Positions 1-9,577 of a DNA stretch of 64,000 bases are shown here, one piece after another. The position numbers and the translations under genes are program-made. The notes below the pieces were generated by a model. The model was not told the DNA's origin. It ran no database searches and saw only the letters and a program-made list of their open reading frames with translations. Position 1 is the stretch's first letter; each line of letters starts with the position of its first letter. This DNA comes from Candidatus Omnitrophota bacterium (GTDB taxonomy: Bacteria > Omnitrophota > Gorgyraeia > B26-G9), in NCBI GenBank assembly GCA_018817165.1, contig JAHITY010000124.1:33973-97972 (forward strand), read 5' to 3'.

Positions 1-1
1 T

Positions 2-514
2 TTGAAATTAATGGGGCGGAAAGTTAGCAAACAGCAGATAAAGAGTTTAATCAAACAAATTCGCGCGAAATTGCCGGATGTTGCTTTGCGGACTTCATTA
101 ATTGTCGGTTTTCCTCAGGAAAGTGAAGCTAATTTTAAGGAATTATATGATTTTGTTAAAACCGCAGAATTTGAAAGATTGGGTGTTTTTGCTTATTCAC
201 AGGAAGAAAATACTTTGGCGGCCAAGTTAAAAGGTCAAATTCCTGAAAAAATAAAGCAAAGAAGACTTAAAAAAATTATGACTTTACAGCAGGAAATTAT
301 TATAAAAAAACATAATGCGCTGATCGGCAGAGAAATCGATGTTTTGATTGAAGAGGTTCCTGAAAAAAATCTGGCTGCTGGCCGCAGTCAATTTGATGCT
401 CCGGATGTTGATGGGCTGATTTATGTCAATGGAGAGAACTTACAACCAGGAGATATGGTAAAAGTGAAAATAACTGATAGTATGGTCTATGATTTAATTG
501 GAGATAAGCAATGA
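2..514 (+). CDS. rimO: Ribosomal protein S12 methylthiotransferase RimO, C-terminal part (5'-truncated by window edge)
   Basis: LRTSLIVGFPQE, FAYSQEENT, GRSQFDAPDVDG TRAM-region motifs; precedes pgsA. Confidence 0.92.
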   Translation: MKLMGRKVSKQQIKSLIKQIRAKLPDVALRTSLIVGFPQESEANFKELYDFVKTAEFERLGVFAYSQEENTLAAKLKGQIPEKIKQRRLKKIMTLQQEIIIKKHNALIGREIDVLIEEVPEKNLAAGRSQFDAPDVDGLIYVNGENLQPGDMVKVKITDSMVYDLIGDKQ

Positions 515-1089
515 ATCTGCCGAATAAATTGACCGTCATCCGCATTATCTTGAGTTTTGTATTTATGTTTTTTATTTTTTCGCATGGACTTTTGGCTAAA
601 TCATTGGCATTTGCCGCTTTTCTGATTGCTTCGATAACTGATTTTTTTGATGGTTATATTGCCCGTAAGTATAATTTAATTACCGATTTAGGTAAACTGC
701 TTGATCCAATCGCGGATAAAGTTCTCGTATTAGCCGCTTTTTCTGCTTTTGTGCATATGCGGATCATTCCTGCCTGGATGCTGGTGATAATAGTATTCCG
801 GGAATTATTAATTACCGGAACCCGGTTGATTTTAGCGCGTAAAGGTAAAGTTATCGCCGCATCAGCCTGGGGTAAATATAAAACTGTGGGGCAGATGATT
901 TCTATTTTTATAATTTTAGGTTTTATAGTGTTAAAAGAAGCCGGGACTAATAAATATGATTTTTGGAGTCAGGCGTGGCAAATCAGTTCAATAAACATTA
1001 TAAATATAGTGATGTATATTACTATTGGATTGACCATTTTATCAGGAGCTTCATATTTCATGAGGAATAAAAATGCATTCAAAAACTGA
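511..1089 (+). CDS. pgsA: CDP-diacylglycerol--glycerol-3-phosphate 3-phosphatidyltransferase
   Basis: MNLPNKLT start; TDFFDGYIARKYNLITDLGKLLDPIADK CDP-alcohol phosphotransferase motif. Confidence 0.96.
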   Translation: MNLPNKLTVIRIILSFVFMFFIFSHGLLAKSLAFAAFLIASITDFFDGYIARKYNLITDLGKLLDPIADKVLVLAAFSAFVHMRIIPAWMLVIIVFRELLITGTRLILARKGKVIAASAWGKYKTVGQMISIFIILGFIVLKEAGTNKYDFWSQAWQISSINIINIVMYITIGLTILSGASYFMRNKNAFKN

Positions 1090-1540
1090 AAAACTTACCA
1101 AGCTTATTGTGACTTTTTTTTATTTGGGATATCTTCCGTATATTCCGGGGACATTCGGCTCATTAGCCGGTGTTGTTATTTTCCTTTTTTTAGGTAAGAG
1201 CAGTGTTGCGGTTATCTTGGCAACAATTTTTATTACTTTGTTGGGTTTTATTTTTTCTGGTTTAGCTGAGAACGTATTTTCCCGAAAAGATCCGTCATGT
1301 GTGGTGATCGATGAAGTAAGCGGTATGCTTTTGTGTTATTGTTTTGTGAAAATCAGTTTATTTAATGTTATTGTCGGATTTTTATTGTTTAGAATTATGG
1401 ATATAATTAAACCCTTTTACATAAAGCGCCTAGAAAAGCTTAAAGGCAGTTTAGGAATAATGCTCGATGATCTTGCGGCAGGAATTTATGCTGTGATTTT
1501 TTTAAAGCTAATTACTGTTTTAATTCAGATAAATAATTGA
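1073..1540 (+). CDS. pgpA: Phosphatidylglycerophosphatase A
   Basis: PGTFGS, DPSCVVIDEVSG, FRIMDIIKP, GIMLDDLAAG motifs. Confidence 0.95.
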   Translation: MHSKTEKLTKLIVTFFYLGYLPYIPGTFGSLAGVVIFLFLGKSSVAVILATIFITLLGFIFSGLAENVFSRKDPSCVVIDEVSGMLLCYCFVKISLFNVIVGFLLFRIMDIIKPFYIKRLEKLKGSLGIMLDDLAAGIYAVIFLKLITVLIQINN

Positions 1541-1548
1541 TTAAAGTT

Positions 1549-2121
1549 TTAAGGTCTTGATAGTTCTGTTTCAAAAATTTTAGTATAAACAGGGTTTTCA
1601 TTGTTGATTTCACTTTTAAACAAAATAATTGTATTTATTTGTTCACTTATTTTTGCAGGTTGTATAGTATCAATAAGAGTATTAAGTTCAGATTTATTTT
1701 TTAGTGATTTTATTCTGGCTAGAGTAATATGGGGATGAAAATGTTTATCTCCGGCTTTTATGTTCAATGATTTTAAATCTCGTGCAATTAATGTACTGAT
1801 CTGAGTTACTTGGCTGTATCCGCTGCTTATTCCTGCCCAGAGAACTTGGTGGCCATTAATATATGGGAATACCCCTAAAACCCCTAAAGATAAATCGAAG
1901 CTCTTTGTTTGCTTTGAGATATTTTTAATAATTTGCTCAATTGGCTTAATTTGTTCAGGGGAGATATTACCCAAAAAACGAACGCTGATGTGGAGATTTT
2001 CAGGTAAAGTCCATGAAATTTCACCAGAAAGATGTTGGAGTTCTTTCTGAATTTTTTTTAATTCATCTAGAAGCTTTGGGTTTAACTCAATAGCAATGAA
2101 TGCCCGGATTAACTTTTTCAT
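1549..2121 (-). CDS. thpR: RNA 2',3'-cyclic phosphodiesterase (2H family)
   Basis: IRAFIAI start, two Hx(S/T) motifs (LHISVRF, PHITLAR); start re-set to ATG at 2121. Confidence 0.9.
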   Translation of the reverse strand: MKKLIRAFIAIELNPKLLDELKKIQKELQHLSGEISWTLPENLHISVRFLGNISPEQIKPIEQIIKNISKQTKSFDLSLGVLGVFPYINGHQVLWAGISSGYSQVTQISTLIARDLKSLNIKAGDKHFHPHITLARIKSLKNKSELNTLIDTIQPAKISEQINTIILFKSEINNENPVYTKIFETELSRP

Positions 2122-2127
2122 TTTTTT

Positions 2128-2156
2128 ATTATATTCCATTTTTGGAATTATGGCAA
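2128..2156 (-). promoter_or_regulatory. Sigma70-type promoter TTGCCA-17-TATAAT, 6 nt before thpR ATG
   Basis: Minus-strand -35 at 2151-2156, -10 at 2128-2133. Confidence 0.7.
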
Positions 2157-2434
2157 GGGAATAAAGGTTTTTTTTAAAAAGACAGGTAAAATTAAAATTT
2201 TGACTTGTAAAAATCACAGCTGGGCAGTAATATGTCTTTATAGTAAATAGCATAGATTAATCGGAGATAAACAGTGTTTAGGATTAAAGTTTATAGTTGA
2301 CTTAATCTGATTTCCAAAGAATTGAATACATCTTTTACTAGCGAATTGAATAAGCTTACCCTGTGTTTGGGCTTTTAATCGATATTTCTAAGCTTGAGTG
2401 TACTTAAATGAAAATAATTGCCTGGAGGAAATAA

Positions 2435-2788
2435 ATGGCATCACTTAATATGGACGGCCCTTACTTGCTTATACCGGATAAAATAGATGAAGTTGTTCCG
2501 TTTAGGACTCCAGGAGCATTTGCTTTAGGTTATATTTCAGATGTTGATTTTGTTGTGATTTATATTGGAAGGTCAGATGTGAATTTAAACAATGAGCTCA
2601 AGGACTGGGTTTTTAGAAAGAGTGATTGTTTGTTTTTCAAGTATTCTGTTACTAAAAACGCTCAAGAAGCTTTTCAAAAAGAATGTACTGCTTACCATGA
2701 TTTCGGCGGAATAAATCTTAAGTCTGAGAAACATCCTGAGCGGATGGCAGAGATGGATTGGCGATGCCCGGTTTGTGATATTTATTAA
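2435..2788 (+). CDS. Small GIY-YIG-like protein with C-terminal HPxR and CxxC
   Basis: GAFALG...VIYIGRS...KECTAYH...HPER...CPVC; SD GGAGG upstream. Confidence 0.6.
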   Translation: MASLNMDGPYLLIPDKIDEVVPFRTPGAFALGYISDVDFVVIYIGRSDVNLNNELKDWVFRKSDCLFFKYSVTKNAQEAFQKECTAYHDFGGINLKSEKHPERMAEMDWRCPVCDIY

Positions 2789-2864
2789 TAATGATGAATA
2801 AGAGATATCGGGATAATTAATTGAATTTTACTAATTGACTTAAATCCAGGTTTGAAAGAGAAAA

Positions 2865-3347
2865 ATGTCAGATAATTCACAAAATGAATATTATATGCTT
2901 AAAGCAATAAAGTGCGCTAAAAGAGGCATAAGTCAGGGCCAGACTCCTTTTGGGGCATGTATAGTCAATAATGATCAGATTCTGGCAATTGCGCATAATA
3001 AAGTGTGGAGAACTACTGATATTACAGCGCATGCTGAAATTGTTGCGATTAGAGCTGCTTGCAAAAAGAATAAATCAATAAGTTTAAAAGGGGCTGTGAT
3101 TTATTCGACATGCGAGCCTTGTCCCATGTGTTTTTCGGCCATTCATTGGGCTGGAATTTCAATGATTGTTTATGGCTCTAGTATAAAAGATGCGAAAAAA
3201 GTTGGTTTTAATGAATTGGCAATATCTAATCTTAAAATGAAGAAATATGGTGCAAGTCGGATAAGCTTGGTTAAAAATGTATTGCTTAAAGAAAATCTTG
3301 AATTGTTTGAGACTTGGGCTGATTCATCTAAAAATAAAGTTTATTAA
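2865..3347 (+). CDS. Nucleoside/guanine deaminase (cytidine-deaminase fold)
   Basis: PFGACIV, HAEIVAIR, TCEPCPMC Zn motifs; GuaD-like GFNE tail. Confidence 0.9.
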   Translation: MSDNSQNEYYMLKAIKCAKRGISQGQTPFGACIVNNDQILAIAHNKVWRTTDITAHAEIVAIRAACKKNKSISLKGAVIYSTCEPCPMCFSAIHWAGISMIVYGSSIKDAKKVGFNELAISNLKMKKYGASRISLVKNVLLKENLELFETWADSSKNKVY

Positions 3348-3358
3348 AAAGGAGTGTT

Positions 3359-4033
3359 TTGGTGAGATTTAATCAGGTTTTGGTCAGGATTATCTGTTCT
3401 ACTGCGCTTTTGTCGTTTATTTTTGTGCTTAATGTGTTTGCCGGATTAACTGAGTCTGAAAGATCTGAGCTGAAACAGCTGCAATTGCTAGTGGAAAAAA
3501 ATGCCGATATGTCTGAAGCTCAAATGCAAAGGTGGGAAGAGTTGTTATTAAAAGACCCGGATAATCTAAAGAAACTAAGACAAAAAGAAATTGATAAGTG
3601 GAAGGCTGAGCTCAGAGCAGAAGGGGAGCAGATTGATCAATCCAATATAGATCGTCAATTAGAAAGCGAGTGGAATGATTTTTTGGTAGAGAAAGATGAA
3701 AAAATAATTAATCTGAATGAGCAAAATGTTGTCTTGTTTCTGCGTAAGATTCGTGATTTCTGCCGGATTGAAAAACAAAATAAAGTAGAGTATCCTTTGG
3801 ATTTAAATACACTGATATTAGATAATAATTCAAGCATAGAATCTGAATTATATTCGAAAATTAAAAAGATTTATAAAATTCAATACGAGAAAATATTTGA
3901 AAATTACCGTGTATGGGCTTTCCCGCTCGAATCAGGTAAGACTGGAAGAAAAAGTTTTTTACTTGAGAATAATACAATCTTTTTCACCTTGGACGGGTCA
4001 AAGCCAACTTTAAACAGTAATAGAATACTTTAA
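3359..4033 (+). CDS. Exported hypothetical protein, coiled-coil plus possible pilin-like C-terminal domain
   Basis: Signal peptide (VFA|G); C-terminal YRVWAFP..SGKTGRKSF. Confidence 0.55.
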   Translation: MVRFNQVLVRIICSTALLSFIFVLNVFAGLTESERSELKQLQLLVEKNADMSEAQMQRWEELLLKDPDNLKKLRQKEIDKWKAELRAEGEQIDQSNIDRQLESEWNDFLVEKDEKIINLNEQNVVLFLRKIRDFCRIEKQNKVEYPLDLNTLILDNNSSIESELYSKIKKIYKIQYEKIFENYRVWAFPLESGKTGRKSFLLENNTIFFTLDGSKPTLNSNRIL

Positions 4034-4169
4034 TTTACTGATCAGCTCAATACAAATCTCTTTATTTACTTCGATAAAAATCTATAAGTTTACTCAATGC
4101 TATGATATAATTAACTTTAAATATATGGTTTCCATATTTAATTTTTGATTAATTTGATTAAACACAGGG

Positions 4170-5138
4170 ATGTTTATGAATCGAAAATCAATATTCGCTT
4201 TATCGCGAATTTTTATTAGTGTAGCTTTGCTTGGTTTTTTAGCTTTCTTGATGCGCGATAAGCTGGATGATTTGCTTCAAGTCATTAAAAAAGTTAATGT
4301 TCCTTTGTTTTTTTTCTCAATATTGTTTATTCTGCCGCTTGTTTTGCTATCCAGTTTGCGGCTTCAATGTTTTTTGTCAGTCCAGGGGATTTATTTTAAG
4401 CTCCATGAAACAATTAAGTTGAACTTAATAGGGTATTTTTTTAATAATTTCATGCCTTCAACTGTTGGTGGGGACGTAGCTAAGATTTATTATGTGAAAA
4501 GACGCTCAGGGGATTATACTAGGCCGTTTTCGGCAATTCTTATTGACCGGATTATCGGCCTTGCCGCTTTGATCGTATTCGCAGCAATAGCGGTAATGTT
4601 TTGGGGAAAGTTGATCAATAGTATAGCGGCAAAATCAATTGTTTTGCTGAGTTTATTGTTTTTAATATCGGCTATATGCTTGATTTATTTTCGGATTGCT
4701 AATAATGTTTGGGGATGGTTGCTGGGATTAAGAGTTTTTATTAGGCTTAAGAAAAAAATATTAAATATATCCAAGGCAATAAATTTATACCGCGGATCAA
4801 AAGCTTTGTTGCTTGGGTTTAGTTTTTCCTGTTTATCTCATGGATTAATGGCGGTTTATGCTTTTTGCTTGGCTAAAACCTTGAATATTGATTTAGCTTT
4901 GCCGATTTTTCTTATTTTGATTCCTGTTGTCAGCCTGATCAGCTGTTTGCCATCATTAAATGGCTTAGGAATAAGAGAGGGCGCGTTTGTTTATTTTTTT
5001 AAAGAATTTATCGCTCCGGAGCAGGCGCTAGCTCTTTCTATTCTATATTTTGCTCAAATGATAATTCTGAGCTGCATTGGTGGTTTGGTATACTTATTCA
5101 ATGGTGCGGAAATAATAAAGGAGGTATCTGATGATTAG
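4170..5138 (+). CDS. Lysylphosphatidylglycerol synthase TM / flippase-like membrane protein (UPF0104)
   Basis: GYFFNNFMPSTVGGD, DRIIGL, NGLGIREG motifs. Confidence 0.88.
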   Translation: MFMNRKSIFALSRIFISVALLGFLAFLMRDKLDDLLQVIKKVNVPLFFFSILFILPLVLLSSLRLQCFLSVQGIYFKLHETIKLNLIGYFFNNFMPSTVGGDVAKIYYVKRRSGDYTRPFSAILIDRIIGLAALIVFAAIAVMFWGKLINSIAAKSIVLLSLLFLISAICLIYFRIANNVWGWLLGLRVFIRLKKKILNISKAINLYRGSKALLLGFSFSCLSHGLMAVYAFCLAKTLNIDLALPIFLILIPVVSLISCLPSLNGLGIREGAFVYFFKEFIAPEQALALSILYFAQMIILSCIGGLVYLFNGAEIIKEVSDD

Positions 5139-5289
5139 TAAAGAATTGCTGGAAATACTGGCTTGTCCGGTTTGTAAACAGTCAGTTGAATTAAAGCAAG
5201 ATAAACTTATCTGTCAGCAGTGTAAGCTGGCTTTTCCGATAAAGGATGATATTCCCGTTATGATTATAGAGCAGGCTTTAGCAATATAG
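5131..5289 (+). CDS. Trm112/YcaR-family small protein (52 aa, absent from ORF track)
   Basis: MISKELLEILACPVCKQSV...LICQQCKLAFPIKDDIPVM; SD AAGGAGG upstream. Confidence 0.9.
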   Translation: MISKELLEILACPVCKQSVELKQDKLICQQCKLAFPIKDDIPVMIIEQALAI

Positions 5290-5300
5290 GTATTTTATAT

Positions 5301-6179
5301 ATGAACCTCGAAAGTAAAGCTCCCAAGGTTAGTATTATCCTTCCCACATATAATCGTGCGGGGTTGATTTCCCGCGCGGTTAAAAGTATTTTGGACCAAA
5401 CTTATCCTGATTTTGAATTAATTGTGATTGATGACTGTTCGAACGATGCGACAGCCTCGGTCATATCTGGGTTTAATGATCCGCGAATTAAGTATATTTT
5501 CTTAAGTAAGCATAATGGGGCTGCTTTTGCCCGAAATGAGGGGCTGAAAATCGCTTTTGGTGAGTTTATTGCTTTTGCGGACAGCGATGATGTCTGGTTA
5601 AAAGAAAAACTGGAAAAGCAGGTTAAGGTCTTAAAAAACGCGCCAGATGATCTGGGCTTGGTTTATTCCGCGATTTGGAGGGTTCAAGCAAAAAGAAAAA
5701 TTTTTTTTCCTGATAGGAGTTTTGGGCTTAAACGTAGCGGAAATATTTATAAAAATCTTTTATTTGGAAATTTTGTGACGCTGCATGTTTTGTTTCGTAG
5801 GAGCTGTTTGCGACGAGTTGGGATATTTGATGAAAAACTGCCTTGCTTACAGGATTGGGAGCTTTGGCTGCGCTTATCTAAAAAATACAAGTTTTTTTAC
5901 ATTAATCAGCCTTTAGTCCTGGTGTATAAAACGTCAGACGCGATATCCGAAAGATCTAATGATTTTAATGAAGCTTTGGAACGGATTATAAAAAAATTCC
6001 TAAAGGATTTTTCGCTTCAGCCTAAACTGCTGGCAAAATATTATTATATTTTAGGCCGCAGTTTTTATAAAAATAATAATAAAACTAAAAGCCGGAAATA
6101 TTTGGAAATGGCTTTGGATTTATCTCCCTTTGATATTAAATATATGTTTTATGTCTGGCTTCTCAGTCTTGTAAAATGA
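5301..6179 (+). CDS. Glycosyltransferase family 2
   Basis: VSIILPTYNR, DDCSND, AFADSDD, QDWELWLR. Confidence 0.93.
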   Translation: MNLESKAPKVSIILPTYNRAGLISRAVKSILDQTYPDFELIVIDDCSNDATASVISGFNDPRIKYIFLSKHNGAAFARNEGLKIAFGEFIAFADSDDVWLKEKLEKQVKVLKNAPDDLGLVYSAIWRVQAKRKIFFPDRSFGLKRSGNIYKNLLFGNFVTLHVLFRRSCLRRVGIFDEKLPCLQDWELWLRLSKKYKFFYINQPLVLVYKTSDAISERSNDFNEALERIIKKFLKDFSLQPKLLAKYYYILGRSFYKNNNKTKSRKYLEMALDLSPFDIKYMFYVWLLSLVK

Positions 6180-6346
6180 AATACAATGAATTTCTTGAAA
6201 TATCCAAAAAATATAGTTATTTTAATTCTAATTGTTAATTAAATAGTAATGATTTTGCTTGATTGTCTCTAAGCGGTTTCTGATGATTTTTATCCATATG
6301 ATATTTAGAACCTGGTATTATCAATAAAATAGAATGAGTTAAGCTA

Positions 6347-8449
6347 ATGAATCTGAATAATAAATTTCCCCAGATTAGTATTATTATCCCTACGTATAAT
6401 CGGATGGATTTATTGCCTAGGGCTATAGATAGTGTGCTTATTCAGGGATTTGATAATTTTGAGATTATCGTTGTTGATGATGCGTCTACGGATAAAACGC
6501 ATGATATTGCCCAAAATTATAAAAATGAAAATATAACTTTTATGTTTTTGGAAAAACATGGCGGGGCTGCAAGAGCTAGAAATGTAGGTATTAAAGTAGC
6601 AAAAGGGGAGTTTATTGCTTTTCAAGATAGTGATGATCAATGGCTGCCGGATAAATTGGAAAAGCAAATGGCGGTTTTTGAGAAATCTTCTGCGGATGTT
6701 GGGGTAGTATATTGTGATATGTGGAAGGTTGGCAACGGCATTGCTGATGAATATGTGTCTATGCCCAGGATAACTCCGGAAAACGGGATTATTTATCAAC
6801 AGGCTTTGGCAGGTAAGTTGATGGGGTTGGGGCTTGTTTCTGTAATAATCAGACGGGAATGTTTTAATAAAGTCGGTTTGTTTGATGAGAAATTACAAAG
6901 GCATATGGATTTAGAGCTTTTAATGCGCATTTCAAAATATTATTTGTTCGCGCATATCCCGGAGCCGCTGGTCAAATATTGCTTAACGAAAAATAGTATT
7001 TCGTTGAATTTAAATTCTTTACTTGAATCAGAAAAATTGATTTTTAAAAAATATTATAATGATATAGCCGGGCAAAAGGGACTTCTCGGCAAATATTTGT
7101 ATAATATCGGTACTTTGTCTTGCCAACTAGGGCAAATGAGGGAGGGAAGAAAATATATTCTGCGTGCATTAAAGGCAGTGCCGACAAATCTTAAATTTAT
7201 CGCCGCGTTTGTTTTTTCATTATTTGGGAAAAAGATATATCGGAATTTAATTGTTAAAAAAAATTTATTTTTCAAAAAGACCGTTAAAGAAAAAAATATT
7301 CCGGTAAAATCGACAATATTATTTGTAGTGCATACAACAGTAATCGGCGGAGCAGAACTTTATCTTTTAAAAGTTCTTAAGCATCTTAATAAAAATAAAT
7401 TTTCCCCTGTTGTAATTGTTCCCGATGATGGCTGCTTGAACCAGCGTTTAAAACAGATTGGCGTACAAACGCAAATTGTCGCATTAGGGCCATTCCAAAG
7501 AAAAAATCCTTTCCCGCACATTCGGTCGATCATTAATTTATTTAGGCAGATAGTCAGATATAAGCCTTTAATAGTGCATTCTTTTACGCGGCCGGCACAG
7601 TATTATTGCGCTTGGGCAGCAAAGCTTACTCGTACAGCTAATATCTGCCATTTTCACGATATAATAAATTGGGATGATTATACTAAATTTTCAAAGTGGT
7701 CAGTATCTTCTGCGGATATTGTGATTGCTGTATCTTTGGCGGCTAAGGAATGTTTGCTTAAAGGCAATATTCAAGAGGAAAAAATTGTTGTTATAAATAA
7801 CGGTATTGATCCAGAAGAGATCTCTCAACCGGCTGATATTAAAAAAATAAGAATGGATTTTAATCTGAAAGAAAAAGGGTTGCTAGTGGCTGCGGTAGGA
7901 CGGATTGTTCCTGAAAAGGGTTTTGATGTTTTTATCAGAGCAGCGGCTGAGGTTTTAAAAAATATTCCTGATGTGAAATTTATTATAGTTGGTGAGGAAC
8001 AGGCGCGATTAGGCAGCAGTTATTCTTATTTGAATAATCTTAAGTTGCTTGTTAAAGAATTGGATATTGAAAGTAATCTTTCTTTTACCGGGTTTCGTGA
8101 GGATGTGTTGAGTATAATTAAAAGTGTTGATTTGCTTGTATTGAGTTCAATTATGGATGCATGTCCTACAGTGATATTGGAGGCTATGGCTTTAGCTAAG
8201 CCTGTTGTAGCTTCTCGGGTAGGAGGTATTCCCGAAATGGTTGAGGATAATATTACAGGGGTATTGTTTTCAAACGGCAATTTTCAAGAGTTAGCTAAGC
8301 ATATAATTGGTTTGCTTTCTGATGAAGAATATAGGCTGCGTTTGGGTGAATCAGGCAAAAATAAGGTTAAGAAAAGTTACTTAATCAAGGAAAAAGTTTG
8401 CCGGATAGAAGAATGCTATAATAAATTCTTAAAAAATATGGAAAAATAA
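6347..8449 (+). CDS. Fused GT2 + GT4 glycosyltransferase
   Basis: N-terminal GT-A (SIIIPTYNR, FQDSDD); C-terminal GT-B (GGAE, GRIVPEKG, ILEAMA). Confidence 0.9.
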   Translation: MNLNNKFPQISIIIPTYNRMDLLPRAIDSVLIQGFDNFEIIVVDDASTDKTHDIAQNYKNENITFMFLEKHGGAARARNVGIKVAKGEFIAFQDSDDQWLPDKLEKQMAVFEKSSADVGVVYCDMWKVGNGIADEYVSMPRITPENGIIYQQALAGKLMGLGLVSVIIRRECFNKVGLFDEKLQRHMDLELLMRISKYYLFAHIPEPLVKYCLTKNSISLNLNSLLESEKLIFKKYYNDIAGQKGLLGKYLYNIGTLSCQLGQMREGRKYILRALKAVPTNLKFIAAFVFSLFGKKIYRNLIVKKNLFFKKTVKEKNIPVKSTILFVVHTTVIGGAELYLLKVLKHLNKNKFSPVVIVPDDGCLNQRLKQIGVQTQIVALGPFQRKNPFPHIRSIINLFRQIVRYKPLIVHSFTRPAQYYCAWAAKLTRTANICHFHDIINWDDYTKFSKWSVSSADIVIAVSLAAKECLLKGNIQEEKIVVINNGIDPEEISQPADIKKIRMDFNLKEKGLLVAAVGRIVPEKGFDVFIRAAAEVLKNIPDVKFIIVGEEQARLGSSYSYLNNLKLLVKELDIESNLSFTGFREDVLSIIKSVDLLVLSSIMDACPTVILEAMALAKPVVASRVGGIPEMVEDNITGVLFSNGNFQELAKHIIGLLSDEEYRLRLGESGKNKVKKSYLIKEKVCRIEECYNKFLKNMEK

Positions 8450-9577
8450 ATGAATATAGTTATTGACGCATTGGAAGCAAATCTGAATAATAAAGTGGGT
8501 ATGGGCAATTACGCGGATAATTTAATTCGCGCTCTGGCTTTAATTGATCAAAAAAATGATTATACCTTGTATGTTAAAAATCCAGCAAATAAAGATAGTC
8601 TGGTTAAACAAAATAATTTTAAGTATAAGCAGCTTGCCAGTCCGTTGATTCGTTCGTTTTGGAGTCAATGCCGGATTCCGCTGGAACTGATTCGGGTCAA
8701 GCCGGATTTATTGCATGTGCCCACAGGTCATAAAGTCCCGTTTAATTGTCCGCAACATACTGTGGTTACAATTCACGACTTGGCTTTTCTTAAATTCCCT
8801 GATTACTTTAAAACCTCAGTTAAATGGCGGTGTGAGCAGTTTACTCGGCATGCGGTATTAAAAGCTGAAAAGATTATTGCTATCTCTGAATCAACTAAAA
8901 AAGATATTATCGATTATTATAAAGTTGATCCCAAAAAGGTCGAAGTTATTTATCATGGGGTAGAAGATGATTTTAAACCCGGGGTTAGTCAAGAAAAAAT
9001 TGATTTAGTATGTGAAAAACATGGAATAACTTTGCCATTTATTTTGTTTGTGGGAGTTCTTCAGCCGCGGAAAAATATCAGCTGCCTGATCAGAGCATTT
9101 AAGCAGGTTGTGGAAGCGGGCAAGGATATGCAGCTGGTTATTGCCGGCGGTAAAGGCTGGATGTATGATGAAATCCTGAACACTGCCAGGCTTTCGGGAA
9201 TCAGAGAGAGGATTATTTTTACTGGTTATACGCCTAAGTCAGATGTGATTTGTTTGCTTAATGCTGCTAAGGTTTTTGTTTTACCTTCATTGTATGAAGG
9301 ATTTGGGTTGCCAATATTAGAAGCAATGGCTTGCGGGGTTCCGGTTATTGCGTCCCATGTTTCCTCAATGCCGGAAATTGTACAGGATGCCGGGATATTG
9401 ATTGATCCGGATAATCAACAGAAAATCACTCAGGCTTTGCTTGATATCCTGAACAATCAGAATTTAGCCCAAATTTTGATTGCCAAAGGATTAAAAATAG
9501 CTCAAAGTTTTACTTGGGAAAAAACAGCGAGAAAAACGCTTAAACTTTATGAATCGATGCTGAAAAATGGGAAATAA
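8450..9577 (+). CDS. Glycosyltransferase family 4 (mannosyltransferase-like)
   Basis: VVTIHDLAF, QPRKN, YEGFGLPILEAMACG. Confidence 0.93.
   Translation: MNIVIDALEANLNNKVGMGNYADNLIRALALIDQKNDYTLYVKNPANKDSLVKQNNFKYKQLASPLIRSFWSQCRIPLELIRVKPDLLHVPTGHKVPFNCPQHTVVTIHDLAFLKFPDYFKTSVKWRCEQFTRHAVLKAEKIIAISESTKKDIIDYYKVDPKKVEVIYHGVEDDFKPGVSQEKIDLVCEKHGITLPFILFVGVLQPRKNISCLIRAFKQVVEAGKDMQLVIAGGKGWMYDEILNTARLSGIRERIIFTGYTPKSDVICLLNAAKVFVLPSLYEGFGLPILEAMACGVPVIASHVSSMPEIVQDAGILIDPDNQQKITQALLDILNNQNLAQILIAKGLKIAQSFTWEKTARKTLKLYESMLKNGK

Noticed and set aside
2435-4033. Anti-phage defence cassette (nuclease-like gene plus deaminase)
   Set aside because: The deaminase looks like an ordinary GuaD-type enzyme with no kinase domain, and nothing else supports a defence system.
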